Source: a virus (Duplodnaviria; Heunggongvirae; Uroviricota; Caudoviricetes). Taken from it: a stretch of 19,720 nt of DNA. The position numbers and the translations under genes are program-made. The first letter of the stretch is position 1, and each line of letters starts with the position of its first letter. The stretch lies in IMG/VR virus record IMGVR_UViG_2541047897_000009; one strand, written 5' to 3'. The notes below the pieces were generated by a model that searched no databases, was not told where the DNA came from, and worked only from the letters and a program-made list of their open reading frames with translations. Positions 16,137-19,720 of this stretch are shown here, piece by piece.

Positions 16137-16344
16137 GCGTAGCATCGAAATAATCGGATGGCGTATGCTGCTGGTAATATGAAGACCGATAGCATTAACC
16201 GAAAGGAGAAAGACTTCTCGATAACGGCAAGGGGGCTGAATTGCGAGGCGAGATTAAGCAACTGTCTTGAACGTAAAAATCATGGAGCAACATGATGGTA
16301 CGATTCATTCCATTCTTCGTTCTTTCTGAGCATTGCGTTCAGGC

Positions 16345-16680
16345 TTAGTCAAAATTAGTGTTGCGAGCGGACCTATTAGTAATTGTTGGTGCGATGCGCC
16401 TGTTATGGATTGTTATGGTTGTGGCAGGCCTGATTAATATCCAGTATGACCACCAGCTATGAGAGGCCACCTCAGTGGTTCGCAGTTGCAGGTTTGCACT
16501 CAGGTTCGCAGGGTTTTGGCTACTTTCACGTGCGAACCTGCAGAATTGCAAAGGACAACTAAGTCCTCTGGCCAACTCCCGGTTTATGAGCGACACAGTC
16601 CGCCTGGCGCGTCGTTTTCGTCGAGTGCGCCCATCAGCTTGTCCATGGACTATCCACCACTCGATATTAAAGCTAATCAT
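16345..16680 (-). CDS. Dubious ORF (111 aa) translationally coupled to alpA2; possibly a decayed gene or non-coding structured region
   Basis: ATGA overlap with alpA2 stop, but the protein is W/R-rich and unprotein-like; two + strand frames are also open across the same stretch. Confidence 0.2.
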   Translation of the reverse strand: MISFNIEWWIVHGQADGRTRRKRRARRTVSLINRELARGLSCPLQFCRFARESSQNPANLSANLQLRTTEVASHSWWSYWILIRPATTITIHNRRIAPTITNRSARNTNFD

Positions 16681-16862
16681 TGGTTGCCAGCCCGCGAATC
16701 AAGTTTGTTCTGGATCCAAGCTTCAACCTCCTCAAGCGACCATCTAGCTGATCTACCAATTTTAACTGGCTGTGGAAACGTGCCCGTCTTAACCCATGAG
16801 TAGATTGCCGTTTTCTTGAAGCCCGTTCTGAGCATGACTTCGCTTAATTTGATAAGGCGCAT
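16677..16862 (-). CDS. alpA: AlpA-family HTH regulator (second copy, diverged)
   Basis: 61 aa; LRTGFKKTAIYSWVKTGTFPQPVKIGRSARWSLEEVEAWI; GAGGAG RBS. Confidence 0.85.
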   Translation of the reverse strand: MRLIKLSEVMLRTGFKKTAIYSWVKTGTFPQPVKIGRSARWSLEEVEAWIQNKLDSRAGNQ

Positions 16863-17114
16863 AGAGGCTCCTCTGCTTTAGATTAAGCATAGTGACAATC
16901 TGGCTTCGGGCGGTATCCAAAAGCGAGGTATCCATGTTGGTATCCACCAAAACGCTGTTTACCAAAAAAGTTACCACCGGAACAGGACATTTTGAGCTGT
17001 AACTTAACACATAGCATATGGAGTTCACGCATAGACTTCACGCACAACGGCTCCGGCCAGTGAAGAATCACCCTGGCTGGCAATATAATGCCGATCACCA
17101 TCAGAGGGGAATCC

Positions 17115-17306
17115 ATGACACCACGAGAAATCGAGCTGCTGACCATTGCCAAGCTGGAGCATGACGGCCACCAGCTCAGCCCGGCAGAACTGTGGGAATT
17201 AAGGCGCCAGCTGGCAGAGGGCCCTGTAATAGCCAGGCGGTACCGCGAAATGATGACCAGCCCCGCATATCGCTGGAGCAAACCAGCGCCGCTCCGTGCG
17301 CGGTGA
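17115..17306 (+). CDS. Hypothetical small protein (63 aa), divergent from alpA2
   Basis: AGAGGGG RBS; internal ATG 17115 preferred over 17088; TATAAT at 17084-17089 upstream. Confidence 0.45.
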   Translation: MTPREIELLTIAKLEHDGHQLSPAELWELRRQLAEGPVIARRYREMMTSPAYRWSKPAPLRAR

Positions 17307-17378
17307 GCAGCACCTAACCAGCACTAGACAAGCCCTGTGCTGGTGGATGTCCCTCATAATTAGCGGTTTTTAAACGGC

Positions 17379-17503
17379 GTGTTGGTTCACGGCCTCTTTT
17401 TGTTGGTTCAAAAATGGGGTGTGTTGGTTCACTTTTTGCGAATAATCCTTTTAAAAACAATACTCTTTACAAATTAAACCAACTGAACCAACTGAACCAA
17501 CAC
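17379..17503. repeat. Iteron block B (crr-like): inverted copy of block A
   Basis: GTTGGTTCA at 17381, 17402, 17423; spacer AACAATACTCTTTACAAAT is the reverse complement of the block-A spacer; (T/A)GAACCAAC at 17475, 17484, 17493. Confidence 0.8.
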
Positions 17504-17537
17504 CTTTTTGCTTATCTATATAGTCTGAGAGGCAGAA

Positions 17538-17825
17538 ATGATAAGGGACAGGAAAGCTGAAGAGCTGGAGTCAAAAGGGCTATGCCGGAGAGCTGCCACA
17601 CGATGGGCAGAAGTCATGACGCTGGCAGATGGCGATAAAGAACGTGAACATGCAGCAAACAGACGCTCTGAATGTATCCGTAGGGCGGCACGCCCACCAG
17701 CAACTACAGACAGATTCGGAGATTTAAGACAGGCAGTTAAGCGAACTCATTCGGCTCTTGGTATGGATGAGGAAGCGAGAGGGTACTTCAGGCGTTATCG
17801 CGATAGAGATTGCCAGAGACAGTAA
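17538..17825 (+). CDS. PerC-family transcriptional regulator-like protein (95 aa)
   Basis: AEELESKGLCRRAATRWAEVM resembles the conserved PerC/Pch N-terminal motif (from memory); GAGAGG RBS. Confidence 0.65.
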   Translation: MIRDRKAEELESKGLCRRAATRWAEVMTLADGDKEREHAANRRSECIRRAARPPATTDRFGDLRQAVKRTHSALGMDEEARGYFRRYRDRDCQRQ

Positions 17826-18236
17826 TGCTCTCTCTGTTTTGGCAAATTACCCCTCACTTTGAAGGGATCGGAGCTATAAAAATGGTTTTAGGTACATTCC
17901 TCAAATTGAGGATTGTGGAAAAACCAATGGGTTAGGCTTTTCCCCCAATGGGGGTTTTCGAAAGAATCAATGGGTTAGGTCATCGTGCAAATTTGCACTC
18001 TGCCAGCCAACGCAATTTTTCGTTGGCGGAAATATCAGGTATTTACTGAACGAACGGTCTGCCCGTCTGTTCAGTTACCAGTTTCACATGGCTGTTTTAT
18101 GTGAGGCCGGAAGGTTTTTCGGACATCACTATTGGGTACAGCAATTTCGCGAGCAATACGCACGCGTAACAAATATGCCTAGCATCTTAGCTATGTGCTG
18201 ACAAATTGCGATACTTCCCATCCTGTATTGTGTTTG

Positions 18237-18698
18237 TCACCAGTGCCTTAGAGTTTCATAATTCATAACTGCTATGGCGATCTCCAGCTTAGTCGTTTCA
18301 AGTATTTCTTCACATAAGACCAGATCATGAATGATGTTTTTGAGTAGCTCCTTATCGATTGCTCCATCAGCCACCCAAACTGCGATGTTTTCCATTTCTC
18401 GCACAAAAAGTTGTACACAATGGCCAAAGCCATTTATCTCAAGAAAGTATGTTGAAAGGGCGATGCTTGATCTTTTATTTCCGTCACTAAAAGCATGGAA
18501 TTTATTGATTGCAAAGAACAAGTGACTTAGTTTGTCTACAAATCCTGGGTAATACCAGTCGTTTTGGATATGCTCAAGGGCACTCGCCAGTACCCCTTGG
18601 TCTCTGATTCCGTGTAAGCCGCCCGTTTTCTCAATGATCCAATCATGAACCCTAATGGCGTGTTCAATATCAAAATAATTGAATTGTATATCGTCCAT
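18237..18698 (-). CDS. Fic/Doc-family protein (death-on-curing-like toxin; 153 aa)
   Basis: Fic/Doc core motif HAFSDGNKRSS (H-x-F-x-D-G-N-K-R); GGGGG RBS 5 nt upstream; 8 bp downstream of partner gene on the same strand. Confidence 0.85.
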   Translation of the reverse strand: MDDIQFNYFDIEHAIRVHDWIIEKTGGLHGIRDQGVLASALEHIQNDWYYPGFVDKLSHLFFAINKFHAFSDGNKRSSIALSTYFLEINGFGHCVQLFVREMENIAVWVADGAIDKELLKNIIHDLVLCEEILETTKLEIAIAVMNYETLRHW

Positions 18699-18706
18699 TT
18701 ATACCC

Positions 18707-19720
18707 CTATCGGTCTTTTAGTCTTTTGAACACTTCTAGGGTTTCTGGGTCGTTCAGGCGCTCTTCAAGTGATTTACTTTTCTCACCCAAGAAACGTTCA
18801 AAGTCCCCTTCAGGTACAGCTCTTACGTAAGCTTCAAGTTTTTCATGCAGCGCATCTCTGAAACAGAGATCCCTACTTGCCATTTTGGTTCTGGCATCTA
18901 GCATCATAGGCTTAAACAATGGATGAGATTCAAATTGTTTAAAAATAGCTTCTGCTTCCTGTTGTGTCAGTTTTCTGCCTAAACGAGAGAATTCTTGTTT
19001 TAATTCATGTGCAATACCTGATTCGAAACCTGCAATAAGAGTTAGAGCTTCGGAGTACATTGTGTCCCGGATTTTCTCTTTTTGAGCAAGATTCAATACC
19101 TTGCGGTACTCGGCCGCGTCTTCGTGGAAAATACTTTGATACACAAGGTTGGTAAACCTTGCATACTTCCAATTATTCCCTTCGACGCATTCATCTAAGG
19201 CATCAGTGAATTGCTTGCGATAGCTTTCTTCTTGAAAAGAAGCCAATAGGTAATTCTCATCACGTTGGTTGATGTACTTGGTATGTCCACCAGCCCTTTC
19301 GGCTAAAGTATCAATGACAATATCAAGCAGGCGCGTACGTATAATCTTGGCTTGCTCACTTTCGACCAGTAGCATGGCGAAGTTCAGGACAGCTCGGTAA
19401 TTAAACACTCCAATAGTAGGAGCCTTGTTACCCTCATTGATGAAGGAGACATGCTCTAACCCTTTGAATTCTTTTAGCTCTCTCCCTTTTATAAGTCGAT
19501 AACCATTGCTCTTGAGTTCATTGCTATGATTGGCGATATACCGTTCCACAGTGGCATCGCTTATACCAAAAATTTCCATAAGTTGACTTTTTGTAAAAAG
19601 TCGTTCTCCATTGAACTCAACTCCACCAAGAGCAAGATGTTTTTCAGCTTGTCGGAGTGCATAGGAGTTGTTCAGAATATTTTGTCTGTCATGAGCGGAG
19701 GTTGTTAAATCTTTAGCCAT
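18707..19720 (-). CDS. RhuM/DinD-like protein (337 aa), upstream partner of the Doc-like gene; start coincides with the window edge
   Basis: AT-rich ORF; overall pattern resembles RhuM-family proteins that commonly pair with Fic/Doc genes (from memory, unverified); stop TAG 8 nt before Doc ATG. Confidence 0.6.
   Translation of the reverse strand: MAKDLTTSAHDRQNILNNSYALRQAEKHLALGGVEFNGERLFTKSQLMEIFGISDATVERYIANHSNELKSNGYRLIKGRELKEFKGLEHVSFINEGNKAPTIGVFNYRAVLNFAMLLVESEQAKIIRTRLLDIVIDTLAERAGGHTKYINQRDENYLLASFQEESYRKQFTDALDECVEGNNWKYARFTNLVYQSIFHEDAAEYRKVLNLAQKEKIRDTMYSEALTLIAGFESGIAHELKQEFSRLGRKLTQQEAEAIFKQFESHPLFKPMMLDARTKMASRDLCFRDALHEKLEAYVRAVPEGDFERFLGEKSKSLEERLNDPETLEVFKRLKDR

Larger units (their letters stand above)
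1..19720. mobile_element. Integrative phage-satellite-like / P4-CP4-57-like genomic island (partial; att sites not in window)
   Basis: Co-occurrence of P4-type integrase, AlpA, antirepressor, icd-like gene, P4-alpha-type primase-helicase and iteron blocks; AT-rich accessory genes at both ends. Confidence 0.6.

Noticed and set aside
16345-16680. Retron ncRNA or tmRNA fragment as an explanation for the stop-poor structured region
   Set aside because: No reverse transcriptase gene nearby and no resemblance to the tmRNA 3' end as I recall it; left as an unexplained region.
16459-16803. Plus-strand ORFs of 114 and 90 aa (16459-16803, 16475-16747)
   Set aside because: Antisense to alpA2 and to the stop-poor region; S/P/R-rich junk-like translations; no RBS.

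Overview
This window looks like one mosaic integrative element of the P4 / CP4-57 / PICI type, typical of Enterobacteriaceae; all family names below come from reading the translations and motifs by eye, with no database search run. Left to right: a P4-type tyrosine integrase starting at base 1; an AT-rich unknown 316-aa gene; an AlpA regulator; an AntA/KilAC antirepressor; a P4-like immunity leader feeding an icd-like gene and a tightly coupled operon of small genes that ends in a P4-alpha-type primase-helicase; then an iteron block (ori-like). A second, inverted copy of that iteron block lies 7.6 kb downstream (crr-like). Between the two blocks sits cargo: a small RHH-like gene plus four translationally coupled genes of 153, 225, 473 and 701 aa that resemble podovirus virion-internal/ejection proteins, a convergent secreted small protein, a repeat-rich non-coding stretch and a second AlpA. 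Beyond the second iteron block are a PerC-family regulator and an AT-rich two-gene operon (RhuM-like protein followed by a Fic/Doc toxin-like protein) that runs to the window edge. The best candidates for an undescribed system are the iteron-bracketed ejection-protein-like cargo, the integrase-proximal 316-aa gene and the RhuM-like/Doc pair; none can be assigned a function from sequence alone.
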